A stretch of 64,000 bases of DNA from the human T2T-CHM13v2.0 reference genome, Homo sapiens: the NCBI RefSeq assembly GCF_009914755.1, contig NC_060934.1. The stretch is one strand, 5' to 3'. This document shows positions 30,951 through 44,315 of the stretch, in pieces. How positions within the stretch are numbered: position 1 is the stretch's first letter; each line of letters opens with the position of its first letter. Made by a program: the position numbers and the translations under genes. The notes beneath the pieces were generated by a model. The model made no database searches, had not been told where the DNA came from, and was given only the letters and a program-made list of their open reading frames with translations.

Positions 30951-31260
30951 GGCCAGGTGCAGTGGCTCATGCCTATAATCTCAGTGCTTTGGGAGGCTGA
31001 GGTGGGAGGATTACTTAAGGCCAAGAGTTCAACACCAGCCTGGACAACATAGCAAGACTCTGTCTCTACAAAAAAAATACTTAATTAGCCAGACATGGTG
31101 GTGCATGCCTGTAATTTCAGCTACTCAGGAGGCTTGATGCAGGAGGATCACTTCAGCCCAGGAGTCTGAGCTGCAGTAAACCTTTATTACCTCATCACAC
31201 CACTGCACTCCAGCCTGGGAGACAGAACAAGACCTTGTCTCAAAACATAAAAATAAAAAG
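30951..31260 (+). mobile_element. AluJ
   Basis: dimeric Alu 67 nt from exon 10 acceptor. Confidence 0.9.
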
Positions 31261-31374
31261 GAACTGCATGAGGTGAATAAACCTGTCTCTATTGCAGGTG
31301 CAATTGCTCTGGGTGCAATAATCATAATAAACAAAACAGTGAGAAATAAACAAGGGTATTCAGTGAATGTCCTA

Positions 31375-31603
31375 AGCCTGCGCTTTTCAATAAGACTGCC
31401 ACTCATTGCATGTGGTCATCCATATTTACAGGTATTTGAACTTATTTATTTAACTAAAATTAAAGAAAATTAAAAATCCAGTTCTCCAATCACACTAGCC
31501 ACATTTCAAGTGCTCAATGGCCCACGTGCCTCGTGGTTACCACACTGGACAGCTCAGATATTGACTATTTCTATTATTCCAGTAAGTTCAACTGGGCAGT
31601 GCC
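31375..31603. mobile_element. MER33/MER3-like hAT-Charlie element
   Basis: CACACTAGCCACATTTCAAGTGCTCAAT motif. Confidence 0.7.
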
Positions 31604-32179
31604 ACAAGGCCCTAAAGTGAAAGAGTCTCTTTTACCAAAGAGAGTCAATATTCAGCACATCCCTCCATAATGCCTACACTGAAGTACTTGCAAGGGCACA
31701 AGGTGCCAAAGAACAGCAATAACATGAACATAATCAGGTTCAGGACCAAAGAGTTAACCACCAACTCTGAGAGACATTACCATGCAAAGTGTTGAGTTCC
31801 ACAGAAGTACACCACATTCTATGGTTTGATGCATGGACAACAGTATTACAAGAGACTTCTGGAATCCAATATATGCCCTACGTCCCTGCAGAGGTCCCTC
31901 ATGCACACGCACACTCATCACACCAGCTTGTCTCCACCTCCCACCGCCGGATGCCAGGTTACTGCCATTGGGTCACCAAATCCACAGTGATGTCTCAGGA
32001 ACTACTCATCCATCACTCACATGTGGAGAGGTGCTGAACCCAGGATATTTATCCTGATATTGTTTCCCACATATTCCTCATCTCACAGGACAGAAGCAAA
32101 CTTTTAAATCTTCTAGCTAATTTTAATATTAAATAATACCAACAGCAGCCACCAGTTTTGTCTATTTTGCCCTGTGTAC

Positions 32180-32474
32180 TTTTTTTTTTTTTTTAGACGA
32201 GATCTCGCTCTGTCACCCAGGCTGTAGTGCAGTGGTGCAATCTTGGCTCACTGCAACCTCCGCCTGCCGGGTTCAAGTGATTCTCCTGCCTCAGCCTCCT
32301 GAGTAGCTGGACTTACAGGCATGCGCCACCACATCTGGCTAATTTTTGTATTTTTAGTAGTGACGGGATTTTCACCATGTTGGCCAGGCTGGTCTCGAAC
32401 TCTTGACCTCGTGATCCTCCCGTCTCGGCCTCCCAAAGTGCTGGTATTACAAGCATGAGCCACTGCACCCGGCC
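32180..32474 (-). mobile_element. AluS
   Basis: dimeric Alu. Confidence 0.92.
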
Positions 32475-33080
32475 TGTCCCAGGCACTTTATATTCATTAT
32501 TTCTAAACCTCACAACCACTTTGCAAAGCAGGCTCTATTATCCCCATTCTACAAGCAAGGAAATGTCAGAGAAATTAAGAGGAGAAAAAAAATCATTCAC
32601 TTTGAAGGATCCAAAATTACTTAAAATATGACTTTTGCCAATCACATATTAAGGTGTCCTTAAATATCAAAGTCACAAAGTCAATGACCATAATAGAACA
32701 CACAAGTCCACAATACTTTTCCTCTAACTCTGAAATCCAAAAAGCTCTGAAAACTATTTTTCCCCCCACTGGACTTAACTTGTTGCTAAGGCCTTATATG
32801 AACCAATAATAGACTATTTATGGTCTTAATTCCTCTCATTCAGTGTGAATATTCATGTTTCACTACAGAAATGCTCATGTTTTTGATTACAGGGTATTGG
32901 CTCACACTCCAATAGAGGTTATCATATAATATATATTGTATGAATTTCATTACCCTTTTTTGAAGTGAGTTTTTTAGACCCCCATGCATTTGGCCACAAG
33001 AGTTCCGGACAACAGACTGTGGGTTAAATGTCTCATTTTAATTCTCTCAACAATCTATGAGGTTGTCATTACTCTCATTA

Positions 33081-33442
<362 letters not shown>

Positions 33443-35964
33443 CTAAAACACATAGTTGTAATGGGAGCTGTTCATCTTGGCTCCTAGATGAGCTGGGGTA
33501 GTCTTTTAACTTACGTGTGCCTCGGTTTCCTCACCTGCAAATTGGGGATGATAATAGCAATTAGTATGTAAAAAGCTTATAACAATGCCTGGCATAGAGA
33601 GAGTGTGAAATATGTGTTTTAGTTCTGTATTATCAGGCATATTCATTCACCAAACGTGCATGGAGGGCCTGCTGGCTGCCAGGTATCAAGTGAATGCTAT
33701 TGAAGAATGCTGTCTTTCGGTATCTTTGTTAAACTCCAAGGAAAAGCTGTGGTTTTGTTTTTGAAGATTTGATCTGTTTTCATTTTAGGGACCACATAAA
33801 TTAAGTAACTGGTTAGGTTTTTGTCTTTACCTCGATGTTCAGCAAGAACAGAATCAAATCTGTGGTCTATGAGTAATTACCTAAGTTCCCATTATTTTGT
33901 AGCTCAGTACCTTGTCCACTTTGGTCACCATCAGAAAATTTTTATTTCTGCGTTTTCTTGTAGTGTCTTAGTAAGTTCCATAAAGGTAAGGACCATTTCT
34001 GTCTTTTATACTGTCTCCCCTAGCACAAGGAAGGCACTCAATAAATATTTGCTAGAAGAATTAATAAATTAAAGCAAGTATGAATAAGTGAATGAACAAA
34101 TGACTTCAGTCTAGGTTAAGATTTTGGAAGAAGGGTACTTCTGGTGATAATTCCAGGAAGTGGCAGTAGCAGCAGCTTGATGGACAGGAGGCAACAGTCA
34201 GTAAGACTGAAACCAGGGAGTGTGTAGGCCAAGATTTGGTACTGGTTTTCCTCTTGGGGTTTCAGGTTTTTCAAGATGATGATGGGACATAGGATGAAAG
34301 TGATAGTCAGTCAATGTCAAAATTGTCAGTGATAATGGATCCATAGAAAACAGCAACCAGGAAAGACAGAGGGTTACACTAGCCTCATAGGAAAGGAGGT
34401 CTAATCTGAAGAGTAAGGTAGTTTGAAGCAATAAAGAGGAGATTTCTGCCTACGGTCCCCATGCCCTGTGGTTACACAGAGCCTAGGGAAAAGAAGATCT
34501 GAAGGAGAACAGCTGCTGTCACTGAAAAGTTTCAATAACTGCAAGAAAGGAGAGAATGGAAGCTTTGGTGCATAGGGTGAGGATATAAGAAAATTCATTT
34601 CCTTGTAGTATGAGGTGGGGGCAAGGAAAAAAATGTAGAAGAGAGAGCAAAGTGGAAGAATGATTCATTTGGGCTATTGCAGAGCAAGATACGGAGGAGA
34701 GTCCAGGAGGAGACAGGACTCATTCAAGTTTGCATTTAGAGTAGTGTCCATGGGTAAGAGGAACCCAGGAATCCAGCCTGCCACCCCCTGGAGTAGTGTA
34801 TTCATTCTGGCTTCCCATTAATCTTTACAAAATGTATCTGGGTCCCCAGTAATCCATAAAAGGGTTATTGACACCCTACACAGTGCAAACCTGGAGTGAA
34901 ATCAACCAGGGCTGAAAACGGGCCATCTGCAGATGTTTAACTTGGATTTACAAAAATTGAATTAGTGGAATCATGATCATTGTGCTGCAATTATAAAAAG
35001 ACTTACGAGAAAGTACACTTTATTCCTCATCGCTCTAGAAGTTTCTAACTCAACATTAAACTCACGGGCAAGGACTAGTCCATTTAAGCCTTCATGCTTA
35101 TATCAATTCATTCTCATTTTCTTTGTTTCTCTCCCTCCTCTGCTCTCTTCAACTCCCAGTGGGTTCTCGTCCATAAAAGTCTTTTCTGTTCTATTCCATT
35201 TTGGAGCATAGGAAGAGGATAGGCAATTTTTAAATTTTATTAATTTGTAAGATTCCATGATTCTCTTAATTTCTTACAGGTTTTTTGGCACAGAGAGCCC
35301 CAATTTTTGCACTTCCAAAAGCCAATTTGTGTGTAAAACACTATGATTATGCTCTCTGGACCCTGGAAGAGGGAAAGCCTGAATTCAAGCATCTGTTCCC
35401 ATTTAATGAGCCACCTGAGTGAAGTTTCCAGTAGATCAGGTCTATTCAAGAAGTGACTTAAACTTAACTCAAAGATTCCAGATTGAAGCATATAGTAGAA
35501 TAAGCCTAAGTTCTTTGAGGAAAGCCTAAATTCACCTTCCTTAGTCTAACAAGCTCCTGGAGTTCAGGGCAGAGTGAATTACGTCTACCCAATCACTCCA
35601 CAATCCCATTTTAAAAAGCAGCGCCCCAAAGAAAAGCTGTCTTTTTTTTTCCAATTGATGAATCCTTTGATAGCTAACTTTAAAATGCTTTTCCTATTTG
35701 ATATGATTTCTTCCAATCCTGTCCCATCGCAACTGCATATTCAGGAGGTAAAAAGAAGCAAATGTCAATGCTGAATTGATCTACAAACTCCACCTTAAGA
35801 AATACTTCTCTACCACAGAATTCTATCCACTTAGGCAAGATGTGACACAGAGAACCTTTCATTTTTATCACTGAGTAATAGCTGTTGCTTGGATACATTA
35901 AAACTTTACCTTATCTATTACCCTAAGCTAATTCACTAAAAATTGAAATACTTTCGGCCCAATA

Positions 35965-37565
35965 TCTGTTTCAGGAAAGATGAAGTAGATATACTTTTCC
36001 CTATTTCTCCCACCAAGCACAACTAAAAATCTGGATATTGTATATAAAACAAACATAAGGTGACTCTGAAAGGCAGAGAAAAAGAAGAGCACTACCTAGG
36101 GATCTGAAGACCTGTGGCTCAACACAGCGGTGCATTCCCTGGGTTTTCTTTTTGTCTCATTCTTCCTAGACTGGGTACTGGAAAAGCCGGCAAAGCAGAA
36201 ACTCCAGGAGGTGCAGGCAAAAAAAGGACCTAAGAAAGTCCTGCTCTGTCTAATTCAAAGGGCCAGAAAAGGAAAGCCTAATAAGACAGAAAATGTTTAG
36301 ACAACAAATGATCTATCTCAATCAAGACCACACATAACAGCGTGGCCCAAGTCTACCTCTTATAGCAAAGGCCAAGTGAAGAGCCTAGGGCTCTACCTTT
36401 ATCAGACTGTAAGAAAGCGCTGCAACCCACCTGCTGGGGTGGCCTCAGAGAAGGCCTGACAGGGAGTCAGATGCTCACTACATCGTGGCAAAAATGAAGT
36501 CACTTATCCGAACTGTGATATCAGTAGAGCCCACTGACAAAGTAACGAAGGACTCCCCCGTCACACTGTCCGGCTGGTATCAGCAGAGGCATAGGTGGAG
36601 CATGAACTCCCACTACCCTCCAGAAATAATGAGGACTCCCTTGCCTGACCCCCCAGGCATCAGTGAAGGCCTATGGGAAAACCTGCTATTTCAATTCCTC
36701 ACCAGCCTGGAGAAGCAACACATACCTCATCCTGCCAATATGGTGGCAGAGAAGGCCTTCTAAAATAAAAGATTTAGGCCAGGTGCAGTGGCTCACATCT
36801 GTAATCCCAGCACTTTGGGAGGCCGAGGCAGGCAGATCACTTGAGGTCAGGAGTTCAAGACCAGCCTGGCCAACATGGCAAAACCCCGTATCTACTAAAA
36901 ATAAAAAAATTAGCTGAGTGTGGTAGCGCACGCCTGTAATTGCATCTACTCAGGAGGCTGAGGCAGAAGAACTGCCTGAACTCGGGAGGCCGAGGTTGCA
37001 CTGAGCCAAGATTGTACCACTGCACTCCAGCCTGGGTGACAGACAAGACTCTGTCTCAAATAAATAAATAAATAATTTAAATAAGATCCAGTGTCTCATA
37101 ATAACCAAAATGTCTACATTTCAACTGAAAATTATTTGTCATACCAAGAATGGGGAAGATCTCATCTTAAATGAGAAAAGACAATTTTAAAATGCCAATA
37201 TCAAGGTGATGAAGAAGTATGAATTATCTGACAAAGATATGAAAGGCACCATCATAACAATATTTCAACAAGCTATATGAACATGCTTGAAACAAATGAA
37301 AAAAATAGAAAGTCTCAGCAAAGAAAGAGAAGATAGAAAAGAAAAACCAAATGGAAATTTTGGAACTAAAAATTATAAGTGAAATTAAAAACTCACTGAA
37401 TGAAATTAGCAGAAGAATAGGACAGAAGAAAAAATAAATGAACTTGAAGATAGAACAACAGAATTGGCTCAATCTGAACAACGTAGAGAAAAAAATAACT
37501 GAAAAAATCAGTGAACGCAGCCTCAAGGAACTGTGAGATTGTAACAAAAGCGCTAATATCCACCA
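35965..37565 (+). mobile_element. ancient L1M 5' UTR and first half of ORF1 (interrupted by Alu)
   Basis: ends in ORF1-like KISERSLKEL*DCNKSANIH. Confidence 0.7.
36777..37075 (+). mobile_element. AluSx-like
   Basis: dimeric Alu. Confidence 0.92.
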
Positions 37566-38020
37566 CTCTGAAGCTAATAAAAGTGGCTGACCCTTATCTT
37601 CCAGACATGTCACTTTTTTTGTCAAACTGAAAATCAAGTAAAAATTTACTAGTTGGCCTCATATTCAATTTTTAATTGTTTTCGTTAGCAATAACATAGA
37701 CCACTTCAAAATCGGCAGTCTTTTGTGATCAGCAAAGGGAGGCTCAGACAGATACATAACTTTGCCAGGACATGATTGTTCAGAGGCAAGACATCAGTTA
37801 AGAGCCCAGTGTTCCTAAACTTAGGTCACTGCTCTTTGCATTAAATACATTTCTTTTCCCACAGTCAACTAATACTAGTAAATCACTGTATTTTGGGTAA
37901 CTGCATTAGAAGAATATCTTGAAAAAGTATTTAAAGAAATCCAGTGTGACCACTTTTACTAACATTCCTAGTAACCGTCAGTGTAAACATCTGGGGACCC
38001 TAATAGGAAGGATGCCATTA

Positions 38021-38188
<168 letters not shown>

Positions 38189-38991
38189 TTAAAAAAATAT
38201 ACAAATATATTAGCTTTATTGCTTTATGCTAATTAATAAAAAATAAAAGATGGCAATGTAGATATATACTCCGTTATTTCCATGTGCTCAAATGATGCGT
38301 GTTCCTGACAAGAGTTCCAGCCTCATTCTGACACTCGGAGCTGTCTCTTTCACTCTTTCAGCACAGCCCTATGTTTTACATATTGAAGAAACTTTCTGTC
38401 CAGCACCTAGGAACAGGTCTTCACAGGCTGCCACTGTTGGTGTGAATCCTGCACCCGATGCCTTCTACTCTAGGTATGTATCGCCGCCAATTATAGTTTT
38501 CTATTTTCTTATCTTCCCCACCCAACGTTGCAACAGGGCCTGCACCTGGTTTTCCAGGTATTCGCAGGCTTTGCATAGTCCTTGGCATTCTGTGTTCTCC
38601 CTTGAATACCTGCTAAGGAATCTCATGCTTGAAAGAGTAAGAATATGGAAAAAGCAGTATTTTAAAACTCACTTGCCAGTTAAAAAAGTTGCCCATGCAT
38701 TTTTCATTTTCACATTGACTCTTTCAAACAGAGCCACAAAAGTCAAACACCCCAAAATTGATGAGAATCAATCAGAGGAGCCAGTGTCTCCCCTCTCCAC
38801 ATGACTCCGTTCTTCAAACAGCTCTCTGGGTTTGCTTCCAAAACACAATGACCCTGTGATTCCCAGAATCCCTGCAGGAGAAGGTCCCTGTGTGATCAAC
38901 CAGGAATCAGTTCTTAACCCAAAAATGGGACAACATAGAATATCACCTACAGGCTGCAACTTGTAAACTATTTGTTAAGCTTTAAAAAGTG

Positions 38992-39272
38992 GGCTGGGTG
39001 CAGTGGCTCACACCTGTAATCCCAGCACTTTGGGAGGCAGAAGTGGGCGGATTACTTGAGCTCAGGAGTTTGAGACTAGCCTGGCCAACATGGCAAAACG
39101 CCATCTCTACTAAAAATACAAAAATTAGCCAGCCGTGGTGTCACACACCTGTAATCCCAGCTACTCGGGAGGCTGAAGCAAGAGAATCGCTTGAACCTGG
39201 GAGGCAGAGGTTGCAGTGAGCCAAGTTTGTGCCACTGCAGCCTGGGTGACAGCGAGATTCTGTCTCAAAAAA

Positions 39273-39315
<43 letters not shown>

Positions 39316-39316
39316 A
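38992..39316 (+). mobile_element. AluS with (AAAT)n tail
   Basis: dimeric Alu. Confidence 0.92.
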
Positions 39317-39849
39317 TCTCTAGGTATTTCTGACTGCCCCAGCATTTACGTAGCATTGGCCCTCAATTTTTGCTTTGACGCCTGTTTATAGAAGGTCCTA
39401 AATGGCACTTGTTTTGTATATTTCATACATTCATCAAGCCAGTGTCCACTTTATATAGGTCCATTCATATTTTTGAGACTCTAGCCTTTTCATGGTATTA
39501 AAGTTCTGTTAGACATTATCTCTATGACAGTTTCGCTGATTAGCTCCATATAATTTTCATCATTCCACATTCTCCCAGTGCTTACTTAACCAGGTCTCTA
39601 GCATGATTTTTACATTTCCCCTGTGACTGCTCCAAGTGTTTTATCATCTTTTCTGCATATTACTTGTCCTGACTCACCAACTATATAAAAGTGAATTGTG
39701 TTCTTCTCTTCCCTTCACAGTGCTCCACACATAAACTCTATCAAATCTTTCTGCTTAGAATACAAAGAGGAGCAGAAAGGAATCAACCTGCGCCTTGGAG
39801 GGACATGTAAATATATATTCAATATTTTTCTATTATAAAATAAAGTTCT

Positions 39850-40137
39850 GGCCAGACGCAGTGACTCATGCCTGTAATCCCAGCATTTTGGGAGGCTGAG
39901 GTGGGCAGATCACTTGAGGTCAGGAGTTTGAGACCAGTCTGGCCAACATGGTATAACCCTGTCTCTACTAAAATTACAAAAAATAAAAAGTTAGCCAGGC
40001 GTGGTGGCATGTGCCTGTAATCCCAGCTACTCAGGAGGCTGAGGCAGGAGAATCACTTGAACTCAGGAGGCAGAAGTTGCAGTGAGCTGAGATGGCACCA
40101 CTGCACTCCTGCCTGGGCAACAGAGCAAGACTCCATC

Positions 40138-40173
<36 letters not shown>

Positions 40174-40200
40174 ACAAACAAACAAAATAAAATAAAATAA
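39850..40200 (+). mobile_element. AluSx-like with (AAAT)n tail
   Basis: AAAATAAAGTTCTG TSD; ends ~70 nt from exon 8 donor. Confidence 0.92.
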
Positions 40201-40234
40201 AGTTCTGTGAAAAATTAGGTGAGTATGGTTACTA

Positions 40235-40483
<249 letters not shown>

Positions 40484-42377
40484 TTAAAAAATGAGAATAA
40501 TTTTTAATGATATCTGAATTATCTAGTGTTCTCTGAAGATTAATGCCAGTGGTAAATTCAGGAAAGGAAGTCTCGGATGCATTTAACTTGTGGTCCTTAG
40601 TAACAGCTAAACAAGGACAACATCAAGACTAAGGCTTCTGTTGGAGTTAGGTGGACAGTAACGTGATGTTCCTAAACTCACACCTCTGCTGCAGCACAAC
40701 AGATACAACTGCAAGGCTGGACCTGCTCATTCCTCACCACCACCAAAAAATTCAACCAAAACCCTCTATTGACTAAAGCACATCGTATTTAAATGGCTTG
40801 AACCAAAGATAAAGGGAACATCTTGAAGGTAGACAGGTATGACATATTACAGAGGAATGAACATAAGAATTTTAAAAGACTTCTCATCAGAAACACTGCA
40901 AACCAGAAGAAAAGAGAGTAATATCTTTAAAGCACTAAAAAGGAAAACACAAAAAACCATGTCAACCCAAAATTCTTTACTAAGAATAAAACAAAAATCT
41001 TTCAAAAATGAAAGCAAAATAAAAACCTTCACAGATGAACAAAAACAGAGAATTCACTGCCAGAAGACCTGTGCTAGAAATGTTAAATAAAATTATTCAG
41101 TCAGGAGTAATACCATGCCAGCCAGAAACATGGATCTATTCAAAAAATTAAAAGCTGCAGAAATGGTAAAAATAAATATACAAGACTTTGTGTATTATTT
41201 TTAATCATTCTAACATATAATTGACTATCTAAAGCAAAAATAGTAACAACGTTTTGAGGGGTTTATGACATGTAGAAATAAAATGTGTGACAACAATAAC
41301 ACAAAGTATAGGGAGGGGTATTCAAGGTATATTGTTGTAAGTTTCTTAAACTATTTGTGAATTTTAGAATTTTACTTAAAGGAGACGTGACAAATTTGAG
41401 ATATATATCATAAGCCAGAGGGCAGCTAAGAAACTTTTAGTAAGAAATATAACTAGTAAACCAATAGCATAAATAAAATGGAATCATTTTAAAAAGCTCA
41501 ATTCAAAAGGGGCAGAGGAAGGAAAAAAACTACAAAGAACAGATGAAACAAACAGAAAACAAGTAGCAAGATAGTAAATTTAAATTTAACTATATTAGTA
41601 GTTACATCAAATGAAAGTGTTTACACACATCAATTAAATGAGAAATCATCAGATTGGATGGAAAAGGAGACCTAACTATTTGTGGCCTAAAGAAACTATT
41701 TTATATATAAAGATACAAATACATCAGAAGTGAAAGGCTGGAGAAGAATAGTTTATGCAAACAATAATCAAAAGAAAGCAGGAATGGCCATATTAAAATC
41801 AGACAATATCGACTCCAAAGCAAATAATATTAACAGGGACGAAGAGGAGCACACATACTAATAGAGGATCAATTAGCACACAATCGTAATTGTATATTCA
41901 CCAAGCAACAGAACTTCAATATACATGAAGGAAACACAGAGCTAAAAGGAAAAGTAGATAAATCCATAATTGGTAGACTTCAAAACTCTCTCAGTAATCA
42001 ATAAAATGAGCAGAAAAAAACATCAGTAATGATATAGAAGATATGAGCAACACAATCAGACAACTTGGCTTAATTGACATTTAAAAGACACACCTCTCAT
42101 TAACACCAGAATACAGTCTCCTCAAATGTACAAGGAAAAAAATCACCAAAATAGATCATATACTGGGCCATAAAATGAACATTAATAAGTTTAAAGTAAC
42201 TAAAATCATATAAACATCTTAATACATTGGAATTGAACTAGAAATTAGTAAAAGAAAGTTCTACAGAAACTCCTCATATATATTGAATAAAAATATCATA
42301 TATCAAATATCTGTGTAACATAGTTTATACAATGCTCATAAAGAAATTTGCAGCATGAACTCTCATGGTCAAAATAA

Positions 42378-42420
42378 TACATACATACATACATACATAC
42401 ATACATACATACATACATAC
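42378..42420. repeat. (TACA)n tetranucleotide repeat
   Basis: direct reading, ~11 copies. Confidence 0.9.
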
Positions 42421-42506
42421 GCTGAGACAGCCAGATCACTTGAAGCCAGGAGTTCAACACCAGCCTGGCCAACATGGCAAAACCCCATCTGTACCAAAAA
42501 TAAAAT

Positions 42507-44315
42507 AGTTTATTTTGGGTTCAGGGGTACATGTGCAGGCTTGTTATATAGGTAAACTCATGTCACAGGTGTTTGCTGTACAGATGATTTCATCATTCAG
42601 GTACTAAGCCTAGTATCCAATAGTTATTTTTTCTGATCTTCTCCCTCCTCCCACCCTCCAATCTCAAGTAGGCCCCAGGGTCTATTGCTCCCCTTTGTGT
42701 CCATGTGTTCTCATCATTTAGCTCCCATTTATAAGTGGAACAGGGGGTAATATGTTTTCTTCTTAAAAAGGACAGGATCACATTCTTTTTTATGGCTGTG
42801 TAGTATTCCATGGCATATATGTACCACATTTTCTTTATCCAGTCTCCCACTGATGGCCATTTAGGTTGACTTGATGTTTTTGCTACTGCGAATAGTGCTG
42901 CAATGAACATATGTGTGCATGTGTCTTTATGCGATGATTTATATTTCTCTGGGTATATACCCAGTAATGAAGTTGCTGGATTAAATGGTAGTTCTGTTTT
43001 TAGCTCCTTGAGGAATTGCCACACTGTTTTCCACAATGATTGAACTAATTTACACCCACCAACAGTGTGTACGTATTCCCTTTTTTTCTGCAACTTCACC
43101 AGCATTTGCTATATTTTGACTTTTTAATAACAGCCATTCTGACTGGTGTAAGATGATATCTCATTATGGTTTTGATTTGCATTTCTCTAATAATCAGTGA
43201 TATTGAGCTTTTTTCACATGCTTGTTGGCCACATGTATGTCTTCTTTTGAAAAGTATCTGTTCATGTCCTTTGACCACTTTTTAGTGGGGTTGTTTGTTT
43301 TTCTCTTGAAAATCCATTCTTTATGGATGCTGGATATTAAACCTTTGTCAGATGCACAGCTTGCAAATATATTCTCCCATTCTGTAGATTGTCTGTTTAT
43401 TCTGTTGACAGTTTGCTGTGCAGAAGCTCTGAGGTTTAATTAGATCCCACTTGTCAATTTTTGCTTTTGTTGCAATTGCAAATGGTATTGCCTAGGTTGT
43501 CTTCCAGGGTTTTTATAGTTTTGAGTTTTACATTTAAGTCTTTTATCCCGCTTGAGTTGATTTTTGTATATGGTATAAGAAAGCGGTCCAGTTTCAATCT
43601 TCTGCATATGGCTAGCCAGTTATCCCAGCACCATTTATCGAATAGGGAGTCTTTTCCCCATTGCTTGTTTTTGTCAGCTTTGCTGTAGATCAGATGGTTG
43701 TAGGTGTGCAGCCTTGTTTCTGGGCTCTCTATTCTGTTTCATTGGTCTATGTGTCTTCTTTATATGCCAGTACCATGTTGTTTCGGTTACTGTAGCCCTG
43801 TGGTATAGTTTGAAGTTGGGTAGTGTGATACCTCCAGCTTCGGTCTGTTTTTGTTTTTTTTTTTTTTGCTTAGGATTGCCTTGGCTATTCTTTTCTGGTT
43901 CCATATGAATTTTAAAATAGTTTTTTCTAGTTCTGTGAAGAATGTTTTTGGTAATTTGATAGGAATAGCATTGAATCTATAAATTGCTTTGGGCAGTATG
44001 GCCATTTGAGTGATATTTACTCTTTCAATCCATGAGCATAGGATGTTTTTCCATTTGTTTGTGTCATCTCTGATTTCTTTGTAGTGTTTTGTAATTCTCA
44101 CTGTAGAGATCTTTCACCTTTCTGATTAGCTCTATTCCTAGGTATTTTGTTCTTTTTGTGATAATTGTGAATGGGATTGCATTCCTGATTTGGCTCTTGG
44201 CTTGGCTGTTGTTGGCGTACAGGAATTCTGGTGATTTTTGTACGTTGATACATTGATTTTGTATCCTGAAACGTTGCTGAAGTTGTTTACCAGCTAAAGC
44301 AGCTTTTGGGCTGAG
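42507..44315 (-). mobile_element. L1PA (older primate, L1PA13-like) 3' ~1.8 kb
   Basis: ORF-track peptides 42593-44348 are L1 ORF2 C-terminus (e.g. [15 protein letters not shown]); L1PA 3' UTR. Confidence 0.9.

Noticed and set aside
38292-38804. 170-aa antisense ORF in non-repeat DNA
   Set aside because: No recognisable homology or domain; about one ORF of this length is plausible by chance in 64 kb x 6 frames.
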